Assembly: GCA_046091605.1 (NCBI GenBank)
Contig: JBJTCB010000016.1
Span: 2,593 to 66,592, forward strand
From: Actinomycetota bacterium
Lineage (GTDB): Bacteria > Actinomycetota > Acidimicrobiia > Acidimicrobiales > Ilumatobacteraceae
Direction of reading: 5' to 3'
Length of the DNA stretch: 64,000 bases
Shown: positions 55,115-63,543 of the stretch, one piece after another
Numbering within the stretch: the stretch's first letter is position 1
Layout of the letters: each line of letters opens with the position of its first letter
Position numbers and translations under genes: made by a program
Notes under the pieces: generated by a model
The model's input: only the letters and a program-made list of their open reading frames with translations
Database searches by the model: none
What the model was told of the DNA's origin: nothing

Positions 55115-56647
55115 ATGACCCGAGCACCCGCCAGAACAACCACCCCCCGTCGGCGCCTCAGCGCCGCGGCTCTCGACCGGGCAATCGGTGCGATCCTCGG
55201 ATCCGCCGTGGCCGATGCGGCCGGGGCGCGATTCGAGTTCCTTCCAGCGGGTCTCTATTCGACGGAGTTCCCCACGCCAGTGCTGGGCGGAATCGGCGAG
55301 CTCGTCGGAGGTGGGTCGTTCGGATGGGCACCGGGTGAGTTCACCGATGACACCCAGATGGCACTCGCTCTCGCGGCCGCCCTCGAGGAGGCCGGAGGAT
55401 TCGACGCCGAGACGGTGTGGCGCCACTTCCGTGCATGGTGCGCCGGTGCCCGCGACGTGGGTGCCACGACCTCGACGGCCCTGCACCACGAGTCCCATGT
55501 CGGGGCGGCCGAGGCGGCCCACGAGATGCTGGGAGGACGCACCGGATCGAACGGGTCGGTGATGCGCATCGCACCGGTCGGTGTGCACGGGGTGCTCCTC
55601 GGTCGCGACGAGCTCTACCGCGTGGCAGTGGCCCAGTCGAACCTCACGCACCACGATCCGATCGCAGCCGTGGCGGCGGCGTTCGTCGCCGAGGTCATCC
55701 GCCTTCTCGTGGAGGGCGCCGGTCTCGAGGATGCGATCAGCGAAGCCTCCGACATGATGCTCGAGTCGCCACTGGGCGAGGTCTTCGAGTTCCGTCTCGC
55801 GCCGGCGCTCTCGCGCACCTGGGATCCATTCTCCGATGACGGCCCGACGAACGGCTCGGCGCGCACCGCGGTTGCCCAGGCGGTGTGGGCCGTGCGGCAC
55901 GGGGTGGACTTCCACGACGTCGTCACCTCGGTGATCGATCTCGGTGGAGACACCGACACGGTCGCTGCGATCGCGGGTGCGATGGCCGGAGCGCGCTTCG
56001 GCGCGCAAGCGATCCCCGTGCGGTGGACGACATACGTCAACGGCACGGTGGAGGGCCCCGAGGGCGTGCGCCGATACGACGCGCAGGAGCTCATCAATCT
56101 CGCGCGTCGCCTCGTGGGTCGGACGAGCTCTGACCACAATCCGCCCGAGCCGGTCACGAAACTGCAGAAGATCCATCATTGGGGTGTCTGGGCCGCCGAT
56201 CTCGGTGGAGCGGCCTCGGTCGATGTCGGCAAGGCGGTCATCTCGATGTGCCACACGGCGGACCTCTTCACGGGTCACCCGATGCGCCGTCAGGTGCTCC
56301 TGCGCGACAGCGATGCCAATCCGGGGTTGGCGACCATCGTGCGCGAGGTGGTCGATGCCATCGATGCGTTCCTCGCCGAGGGCCGCGAGGTGGTGGTGCA
56401 CTGTCACGGGGGCCGCAGCCGCACGACGCTGGCTCTGCGTGCCTGGTACATGCGCACCAACGGCGTCGACCACGAGGCCGCAGCGCAGTGGGTCGAGAAC
56501 GCGTGGCCCCATGTCGGGCGTTGGAACGACTCGTTCGAGGAGTTCCTCGACCACGAATGGCACCCCGGCACCTGGGGGACGGCACCCGGTGGGGCCGATG
56601 ACTTCGACACACAGACGCGGACCGGAGCCGCAGGGGAGGACAAGTGA
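55115..56647 (+). CDS. Fusion protein: ADP-ribosylglycohydrolase (ARH/DraG-like) domain plus Cys-based (CX5R) dual-specificity/tyrosine phosphatase-like domain
   Basis: ATG 55115 follows RBS AAGGAG. ARH metal-site motifs are GEFTDDTQMALAL and LGGDTDTVAAIAGAMAGA. The C-terminal P-loop VVVHCHGGRSRTT maps to nt 56399-56425. Confidence 0.85.
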   Translation: MTRAPARTTTPRRRLSAAALDRAIGAILGSAVADAAGARFEFLPAGLYSTEFPTPVLGGIGELVGGGSFGWAPGEFTDDTQMALALAAALEEAGGFDAETVWRHFRAWCAGARDVGATTSTALHHESHVGAAEAAHEMLGGRTGSNGSVMRIAPVGVHGVLLGRDELYRVAVAQSNLTHHDPIAAVAAAFVAEVIRLLVEGAGLEDAISEASDMMLESPLGEVFEFRLAPALSRTWDPFSDDGPTNGSARTAVAQAVWAVRHGVDFHDVVTSVIDLGGDTDTVAAIAGAMAGARFGAQAIPVRWTTYVNGTVEGPEGVRRYDAQELINLARRLVGRTSSDHNPPEPVTKLQKIHHWGVWAADLGGAASVDVGKAVISMCHTADLFTGHPMRRQVLLRDSDANPGLATIVREVVDAIDAFLAEGREVVVHCHGGRSRTTLALRAWYMRTNGVDHEAAAQWVENAWPHVGRWNDSFEEFLDHEWHPGTWGTAPGGADDFDTQTRTGAAGEDK

Positions 56648-58065
56648 CCACGGACGAGTTCGAGAGAGAACTGAGGATCATCGAGCTGATCGGGGCGCAC
56701 GCCACGATCACGCGTCGGCCGAGCCAGACCGGCGCGCGCCGCACCAGTGAGTCGAGCGATGACGAGGAGTCGCTGCGGCCCGAGGACGTCCAGTTCCCGC
56801 TGCACTTCCGCACGCTCGAGAACCGCGTCGGAGGGTCGGTGCGCCTCTACAAGAGGTTCAACGACACCTGGGTGGTGTGCATCGATGCGCGCCTGCATTC
56901 GTACCCGGATCGTCCGGCCATCCATGCCTGGCTCACGAAGAACACCGGCACGATGCCGTTCGTCCAGGCCCGTGTCGAGCCGGCCTCGGACAACCGCGTG
57001 ACGGTGTACGCGACGCATTCGTTCCTGGCCGACGAGGTCACCGACGCCGAGATCGAACAGGCCCTCGGGTCGATCGACCATGTTGCACGCCGCTGGCACC
57101 GTGAATTGCGCCAGATCGACTTCGTCGGACGGCGCGAGGATCGCGCGCGCTCGGCGTCGGCGACGGACAAGACCGACGAGGAGCACCTCACGAACGCGGT
57201 GGTGCGCAAGGCCGAGGGCACCGAGGCGGTTCTCGCAGAACTCGACACCTTGATCGGACTCATCCCGGTGAAGCAGCTCGTGCGCCGGTTGACCGCGCTC
57301 CAGCAGGTGGCGGGGATGCGCAAGGCGGCAGGAATGAAGCCCGTGGCTCCCTCGCCGCACCTGGTCTTCACCGGCAACCCGGGGACCGGCAAGACCACCG
57401 TGGCGCGCCTGATCGGGCGGCTCTACAAGGAGCTCGGACTCCTGTCGATCGGGCACGTGGTCGAGGTCGACCGTTCGGGGCTCGTGGGTGGCTATATCGG
57501 CCAGACCGCGATCAAGACGCGCGCCGTGCTCGACTCGGCCAAGGGTGGGGTGTTGTTCGTCGACGAGGCCTACACGCTGACCTCGCACCACAACAACGAC
57601 TACGGCGCCGAGGCGATCGCCACCATCTTGTCGTACATGGAGAACAACCGCGGTGAGATCGTCGTGGTGGTCGCCGGATATCCGGCAGAGATGGCCCAGT
57701 TCCTCGAGCAGAACCCGGGACTCGCCAGCCGGTTCGACCACACTCTCGACTTCCCGGACTACACCGACGACGAGCTGTTCAGCATCCTCCAGTGGATGAT
57801 CCTCGACAACGAGTACTACCTCTCGAACGGGGCCAGGGCCAAGTTGCGTCGTGTGATCGGGTCGTGGCCGAGGGGCCGCTCGTTCGGCAACGCGCGCCAA
57901 GTGCGCAGGTTGTTCAACGAGGTGGTGGCAGAGCACGCCGCGTGGTTGATCGACAAGAAGATCACCTCGGGTGAGGGGCTGCGGCTGATCCGCGAGGGAC
58001 ACGTGCAGACGGTGCCGACACTGCCGCGCGATGCGGACACCCTCGTGCCCGCCGGGTATCTCTGA
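56644..58065 (+). CDS. CbbX/SpoVK-type AAA+ ATPase with an N-terminal YbjN/chaperone-like domain
   Basis: GTG 56644 overlaps the upstream stop (GTGA). The AAA+ core has LIGLIPVKQ, Walker A GNPGTGKTT, Walker B VLFVDEAY, VVVVAGY, PGLASRF and GNARQVR. The assignment of the ~170-aa N-terminal domain (VQFPLHFRTL...VYATHSFLADEV) is tentative. Confidence 0.85.
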   Translation: MTTDEFERELRIIELIGAHATITRRPSQTGARRTSESSDDEESLRPEDVQFPLHFRTLENRVGGSVRLYKRFNDTWVVCIDARLHSYPDRPAIHAWLTKNTGTMPFVQARVEPASDNRVTVYATHSFLADEVTDAEIEQALGSIDHVARRWHRELRQIDFVGRREDRARSASATDKTDEEHLTNAVVRKAEGTEAVLAELDTLIGLIPVKQLVRRLTALQQVAGMRKAAGMKPVAPSPHLVFTGNPGTGKTTVARLIGRLYKELGLLSIGHVVEVDRSGLVGGYIGQTAIKTRAVLDSAKGGVLFVDEAYTLTSHHNNDYGAEAIATILSYMENNRGEIVVVVAGYPAEMAQFLEQNPGLASRFDHTLDFPDYTDDELFSILQWMILDNEYYLSNGARAKLRRVIGSWPRGRSFGNARQVRRLFNEVVAEHAAWLIDKKITSGEGLRLIREGHVQTVPTLPRDADTLVPAGYL

Positions 58066-58186
58066 CCGCGACCCCCACCGGGGGCTAGCGCGCGATCAAC
58101 GCGTCCCGCGTGCCACCGTGTCGGCCCCGAACCGGGCGACGGCGGCGGCATCGCAGTCACGCGGGACCCCGTGAAATTAGGCTGAG

Positions 58187-59971
58187 ATGGTGATTTGGTC
58201 GGCTCTGCGGCGGTTCGACGCCCGGTTCCACCAGCCCCGCGACTTGGCAGTGGATCGACGAATGCTCACCTCGGCGATGGTGATCGGTGCGGCCGTGTTC
58301 GCGGTCATGGTCGGCATCGTGGTGCGCATCCACGGACCGACCGTGCACCCCGATGAATTCGGGTTCCTCGCGAACGGCCAGGTGATCATCGGCCATGACG
58401 AAGCCAAGATCTTCACCCCGAGTTTCTATCCGGCAGGCTACGGCATCATCACCGGCGCGGGCGCCCTGCTCACCGGTTCGATCGAGGGCTCCTACCGGTT
58501 CGCTCTCGTGGTCAATGTGGTCCTCGTGGCCGTGCTCGCATGGTCCGTGATGCGGCTCGCGGTGCGCGGGTTCGGTGCCTCGCCGACCGCAGCCCGACTG
58601 GCGGCTGTTCTCGTCGTGGTGGCGCCGGGCACCAGCGTGAGTGCCCTGTATTCCTGGCCCGAGACTGCGGTCAGGCTCGCCTTCCTCGGCCTCGTGGCAA
58701 TGGTGGTCTTCGCCGCGCGCCGACTGACGACGGTGTCGGTGGTCGCGTTGTGCGCCTATGTGGGTCTGCTGCCGGGACTCCACGGCAGGTTCACGCTGAT
58801 GATCCCGGTTGTCTGTCTGGTCGTTGCGTGGTGGGGCTGGAAGCGCGATGTGCCGCGCCCCGCAGTCGTGGTCGCATACCTGACCACGGTTGTTGCGTAC
58901 GCGATGACGTACCTGCTCAATTCATGGGTCAAGTCGACGCTCTATCCCACCTCGATCGACCAGGAGAACCGCCTGTTGCGGCGCCTCGCGGACTACTCGA
59001 TGTGGTTCGCACTGATCCGGCGCATCGCCGGACAGGGGTGGTACCTGCTGGCAACGTCGCTCGGGGTCGCCGGTATCGCACTCGGGTGGGCCGTGGTGCG
59101 CGTGCGCGGTTCCGGCGAGCCGCGCCCGTTGCGCACCGATCCGGAGCGGCTCGCCCTGGCCGTCATGGTCGGGTGCACGGCGGTCCTGCTGTTCACCGGG
59201 GGCCTGCAGTTGCTCCACGGCAACCGCGCCGACCACCTCATCTATGGCCGCTACGTCGAGACCCTCGTGCCCGTGCTCTTGATGGTCGGCGTCGTGGCGC
59301 TCGAGCGAGCCTCGGTGGTGGCACGACGGTCGTGGAGCATCTCGCTCGTGCTCGTCGCCGTCATCGCGGCCTGCCACGTGCTCGTCGACATGGGCGATCG
59401 CGTCAAGGGCGGGTGGGTGAGGCGCACGCTCGTGTTCCCGAACGCGGTCGGCGTCGATGCGGCCCAGTACGTCATCCAGCCCGGCATCATCACCTTCACA
59501 CTGCTGTTCTGCGGGGTCGGTGCCGTTGCATGGTGGGTGCACCGCTCTCGCGGCGGGGTGGCGGTGGTGGCCATCGTGGCGGTTCTCGCGGCCGGAGCGG
59601 TGGTGTCGGGGGAGCGCAGCGTTCTCGGCCGGCAGCGGATCATCACCAATTCGGGCACGAGCCTCGAGCGAGCCACCGCGGGATCCCCGGACAAGATCGG
59701 ATACGACAACTTCGGCGATCTATCGGGGTTCTCGAACGACCCCGTGCGCCCCGGCAACGATCGCGGCTACTACTTCCTGCGGTACAAGATGCATCCGATC
59801 CGGCTCGATCGCATCGATGTGTCGAGTCCCGCGGCGAAGATTCCGGCGGAGTACCGTTGTGTCTACGCCCGCATCGAGGAACCACCGAGCGACGGTGAGT
59901 GGGCCCCGGTGGCCGACGAGCCGCTCCTCGGGCGGGTGTTGTTCATGCGGGTCGGCGCGAACAGGTGTTGA
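58187..59971 (+). CDS. Large polytopic membrane protein, putative GT-C-fold glycosyltransferase
   Basis: At least 10 TM segments, an acidic motif in the first external loop (HPDEFGF), and a C-terminal soluble domain. It is adjacent to a GtrB/DPM1-like GT2. The start is uncertain. Confidence 0.55.
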   Translation: MVIWSALRRFDARFHQPRDLAVDRRMLTSAMVIGAAVFAVMVGIVVRIHGPTVHPDEFGFLANGQVIIGHDEAKIFTPSFYPAGYGIITGAGALLTGSIEGSYRFALVVNVVLVAVLAWSVMRLAVRGFGASPTAARLAAVLVVVAPGTSVSALYSWPETAVRLAFLGLVAMVVFAARRLTTVSVVALCAYVGLLPGLHGRFTLMIPVVCLVVAWWGWKRDVPRPAVVVAYLTTVVAYAMTYLLNSWVKSTLYPTSIDQENRLLRRLADYSMWFALIRRIAGQGWYLLATSLGVAGIALGWAVVRVRGSGEPRPLRTDPERLALAVMVGCTAVLLFTGGLQLLHGNRADHLIYGRYVETLVPVLLMVGVVALERASVVARRSWSISLVLVAVIAACHVLVDMGDRVKGGWVRRTLVFPNAVGVDAAQYVIQPGIITFTLLFCGVGAVAWWVHRSRGGVAVVAIVAVLAAGAVVSGERSVLGRQRIITNSGTSLERATAGSPDKIGYDNFGDLSGFSNDPVRPGNDRGYYFLRYKMHPIRLDRIDVSSPAAKIPAEYRCVYARIEEPPSDGEWAPVADEPLLGRVLFMRVGANRC

Positions 59972-59995
59972 GCCGGCGGCGAGGAGAGAGACCAG

Positions 59996-60904
59996 ATGAG
60001 CACCACCCACCAGCCCGACACCTGCGACGTGAGCGTGGTGCTGCCGATCTACAACGAGAAGGGTCATCTGCGCGCCGAGATCGACCGCATCCGTGCCGCG
60101 CTCGATGCGTCCCGGCACACCCACGAGATCATCGTCGTCGATGACGGCTCGAACGACGGCTCCGAGACCGAACTCGCCACGATCCCGGGCATCATCCTGA
60201 TCACCCACCGCCGCAACCAGGGCAGCGGTGCGGCACGGCGCACGGGCACGACGGCCGCTCGAGGGCGTGTGGTGGTGTGGACCGACGTCGACATGACGTA
60301 TCCGAACGATCGGATCCCCGAATTGGTGGATGCCATGGAGGGGTGGGATCACATCGTCGGGTGGCGCCAGAGCGAGGAGGGCACGCACAAGTTCCTGCGC
60401 ACGCCCGCCAAATGGGTGATCCGCAAGCTCGCGTCGTACCTGTCCGAGACCGACATCAAGGATCTGAACTCGGGTCTGCGCGCATTCAGGCGCGATGTCG
60501 CGATGCAGTACGTGCATGATCTCCCGAAGGGTTTCTCGTGCGTCACGACCCTGACGATGTCGTTCCTGGGGAACGGCTACTCGGTCGGGTTCCTCCCGAT
60601 CGAGTACTTCCCGCGCGCGGGGCGGTCGAAGTTCCACTGGTTGCGCGACACTCGCCGGTACCTGTTGCAGGTCATCCGCATGACGCTGTCGTACAACCCG
60701 TTGAAGGTGTTCCTGCCGGTGGGATTGGTCCTGCTCGGCCTCGGATTCGTGAAACTGGGATTCGACTGGGCCGAACGCGACTTCCGTCTCGCGGCCAACA
60801 CCCTCCTCATCTTCTTCGCCGCACTCCAGGTGATCGCCGTCGGCCTTCTCGCAGACCTCGTCGTGCGCGCCACCAAGTCGGCCTCGTCCGTGCCGCCGGC
60901 ATAG
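59996..60904 (+). CDS. Family 2 glycosyltransferase, polyprenyl-phosphate sugar synthase type (GtrB/DPM1-like) with C-terminal TM helices
   Basis: VSVVLPIYNE, IIVVDDGSNDGS, TDVDMTY (DxD), and two C-terminal TM helices. Confidence 0.9.
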   Translation: MSTTHQPDTCDVSVVLPIYNEKGHLRAEIDRIRAALDASRHTHEIIVVDDGSNDGSETELATIPGIILITHRRNQGSGAARRTGTTAARGRVVVWTDVDMTYPNDRIPELVDAMEGWDHIVGWRQSEEGTHKFLRTPAKWVIRKLASYLSETDIKDLNSGLRAFRRDVAMQYVHDLPKGFSCVTTLTMSFLGNGYSVGFLPIEYFPRAGRSKFHWLRDTRRYLLQVIRMTLSYNPLKVFLPVGLVLLGLGFVKLGFDWAERDFRLAANTLLIFFAALQVIAVGLLADLVVRATKSASSVPPA

Positions 60905-60919
60905 GGGGGCGGCGTCCTC

Positions 60920-62176
60920 GTGCAGCGCCCGGTGCGCCTCGCGTTCCTCGGAGCGGCGCTCTCTGCCAACAAGGGTGCCGCGGCCATGGTGGAGTCGGTG
61001 GTGCAGAACACGCCGCGGCGCGTCGGTGACTGCGAGTTCGCGCTCCTCACCACGTACCCGCGCGAGGATTCGGCGCGTGTGCCCCCGGGGGTGCCGATGC
61101 GGGTGGTCGGTCTCGAGCCGTGGCGACTCGCACTCGTCGAATTCCCCGTCGCGCTGCTCTCGGCGCTCCTCGCACTCGTGGGAATCCCGCGTGGCTGGGT
61201 GCGCACCCGTGCGAACCGCGCCCTCCTCGGGGGAGATGCCGCGCTCGATGTCGCGGGCATCTCGTTCGTCGACGGCCGCGGAGTGCCGATCACCGTGTAC
61301 ACCGCGCTCATGACGGGACTGCCCCTGCTACTCGGCGTGCCCACCCTCAAATTGGCACAGGCGACGGGGCCTTTCGCGACCCAGCCGAACCGCGCACTGG
61401 CTCGGCTGGTGTTGCCCCGGCTCGCCGCGGTGTGCGCGCGGGGGGCACGCACGCGTGAGCACCTCGACGCGCTCGATCTCGACAACGTGGTCGATGTCGC
61501 CGATCTCGCCTTCTCGCTCGAGGAGGCCGCCGCTCTTCCCGCCGATGTCGCCGACTCGATCGGCGCGGTGGGTGAGCATCTCGTGGTGATGCCGAGCGCT
61601 GTCGTGCGGAGGCTGTTCGAACGCGACGGACGGACGGGTGACCACGACTATGTCGGGGCGATGGTGGATCTCGTGCGCGAGTTGCGCTCGCGCACGGGAC
61701 TCGCCGTGGTGATCGCACCGCACTCGTACCGGGCCGGTGCGCCCGAGGGTCGCATGAACGACGGCCCCGTGTGCCGCGAGATCGCCGCGCACATGGAGAG
61801 CGACGATGGTGTCGTGCTGGTCGATGCCGATCTCACGGCCGGCGAGTTGCGTCGAGTCGTGTCCGGGGCGCGGCTGCTCGTCACGAGCAGGTTCCACGCG
61901 ATGATCTCGGGGTTGGCCACGTGCACGCCCACGGTGGTGGTCGGATGGAGTCACAAGTACCGCGAGGTGCTCGGTGACTTCGGGCTCGCCGATCTCGGAT
62001 GCGATGCGGTGCAGTTGGCAACGCCGGGTGCGATCGCCGACTTGGTCGAGGCGACTCTGGCCCGCCACGATCAGGTTGCACGCACGATCGGTGCGGGCCT
62101 CGCCGCCGTGCGCGCCAGATCCGAGCGCAATTTCGACGAGATCGCGCGCGTGGTCGCAGAGCGGGGAGACCAGTGA
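60920..62176 (+). CDS. Polysaccharide pyruvyl transferase family protein (WcaK/CsaB-like)
   Basis: GTG 60920. N-terminal LGAALSANKGAAAMVESV and C-terminal LLVTSRFHAMISGLATCTPTVVVGWSHKY. Confidence 0.8.
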   Translation: MQRPVRLAFLGAALSANKGAAAMVESVVQNTPRRVGDCEFALLTTYPREDSARVPPGVPMRVVGLEPWRLALVEFPVALLSALLALVGIPRGWVRTRANRALLGGDAALDVAGISFVDGRGVPITVYTALMTGLPLLLGVPTLKLAQATGPFATQPNRALARLVLPRLAAVCARGARTREHLDALDLDNVVDVADLAFSLEEAAALPADVADSIGAVGEHLVVMPSAVVRRLFERDGRTGDHDYVGAMVDLVRELRSRTGLAVVIAPHSYRAGAPEGRMNDGPVCREIAAHMESDDGVVLVDADLTAGELRRVVSGARLLVTSRFHAMISGLATCTPTVVVGWSHKYREVLGDFGLADLGCDAVQLATPGAIADLVEATLARHDQVARTIGAGLAAVRARSERNFDEIARVVAERGDQ

Positions 62177-63543
62177 TGACCGACGGCGGGAGCGTCACCG
62201 GGGATCTCTCGGGGGTCATCGCCTCGGGCATGTGCATCGGCTGCGGCGCCTGCGAGATGGCCGATGGGTCGGTGCGGGTGAGCCTGGATCCGAAGCGGTT
62301 GATCTTCCAGCCCGAGACGCCGGGGGGCCTCGATGCGGCCGCGGTGTGCCCGGCGGTGAGGGTCGACTACGCGGGTTTGCAGTCGTGGTTGTTCCCGGGG
62401 GCCGAGATCGGCCCCTATGGCGCGGTGCGCTCGGTGCACCTGTCGCAGAGCACCGATGAGGGCCGCAACCTGCGCGCATCGTCGGGCGGACTCATCAAGG
62501 AAGTGCTGCGCTCGATGTTGTCTGCCGATCGGATCGACGGGGTCATCGCCCTCGACCATGTGGAGGGTCTCGACTTCGCCGCGCGCCTCGTCACCGACCC
62601 CGCCGACGTCGACACGCTTCCCGGATCGATCTACCACAACCTGCGCCAGACGAGCGCGCTCGAGTTGCTGCGCGACACTCCCGGTCGGCTCGCGATCGTG
62701 GGCATTCCGTGCCAATTGGAGGGCATGTGGCAGTGGGTGCGCACCAAGGCTCCGCACCTGCGCGACAAGGTGGTGCTCACGGTGGGTCTGCTGTGTGGAT
62801 GGCAGTACTCGCACCACAGCATCGCCGCGATGGGCCAGTACCTGGGCTTCGATCCGGCCGAAATCGACGACATCTCCTATCGCGGCGGGGGACCGGTGGG
62901 CAAGCTCACCGTCACCACCGGCGACGGTGGTTCGTTCTCGGCGAGTCGCCGTGTCGACTTCGGCTACCAAGTGGCCTTCGATCGGCATTTCAACACGGCG
63001 CGGTGCCACGTGTGCGTGAACCACTCGAATTTCCTCGCCGACCTCGTGGTGGGAGATGCCTGGCTTCCGAGCACGGTGTTCACCAAGACCGGCGTCAGTC
63101 TCGTGGTGTGCCGCACCGCACTGGCCGAGGAGGTGCTCGCGGGGCTGGTCTCTGACGGTCGCTGCGTGTCGATCGAGGTCGGCCCCGACGAGATCCGCGA
63201 GTCGCAGACGGATCGGGTCGTGTTCGGGGAGTTCGCCTACGCCTATGCCGACCATCTGCGCGCGCTCGGGGGTCACGTGCCCGACTTGCACGGGCCGAAC
63301 GAGGGCCACGGCACGCTGAAACCACGCCGCCAGGTCGCCAAGTTCCATCGCGAGCTCGTCCGCAAGCAGGCGCTGATGGCCGCCCGGCGCTACCGGTACC
63401 TCAAGTGGCGCAAGGCCACGCTCGAGGTGCGCTCGTATGTGATGCGCTACGTGCGGTGGTTCGCGGTGCGGATCCTGCGGGTCAAGAGCCTCTCGGGCCA
63501 GCGCCGCGAGATCCCGCGCGAGCGGTTCTCAGGCTTCCGCTGA
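62176..63543 (+). CDS. Coenzyme F420 hydrogenase/dehydrogenase beta-subunit (FrhB)-like protein
   Basis: ATG 62176 overlaps the preceding TGA by 1 nt. Motifs are CIGCGACEMA, ASSGGLIKE, IVGIPCQLEG and the Cys-rich CHVCVNHSNFLADLVVGDAW. Confidence 0.85.
   Translation: MTDGGSVTGDLSGVIASGMCIGCGACEMADGSVRVSLDPKRLIFQPETPGGLDAAAVCPAVRVDYAGLQSWLFPGAEIGPYGAVRSVHLSQSTDEGRNLRASSGGLIKEVLRSMLSADRIDGVIALDHVEGLDFAARLVTDPADVDTLPGSIYHNLRQTSALELLRDTPGRLAIVGIPCQLEGMWQWVRTKAPHLRDKVVLTVGLLCGWQYSHHSIAAMGQYLGFDPAEIDDISYRGGGPVGKLTVTTGDGGSFSASRRVDFGYQVAFDRHFNTARCHVCVNHSNFLADLVVGDAWLPSTVFTKTGVSLVVCRTALAEEVLAGLVSDGRCVSIEVGPDEIRESQTDRVVFGEFAYAYADHLRALGGHVPDLHGPNEGHGTLKPRRQVAKFHRELVRKQALMAARRYRYLKWRKATLEVRSYVMRYVRWFAVRILRVKSLSGQRREIPRERFSGFR

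Noticed and set aside
55115-58065. DarTG-like or classic toxin-antitoxin interpretation of the ARH/AAA+ pair
   Set aside because: There is no ADP-ribosyltransferase, macrodomain or small toxin-like ORF adjacent, and both proteins are large multi-domain enzymes.
58072-58084. CCCCC-ACC-GGGGG hairpin after the AAA+ gene as a terminator
   Set aside because: It is a 5-bp stem with a 3-nt loop and no U-tract. Such hairpins are common by chance in this GC-rich DNA, so it is not listed as a feature.
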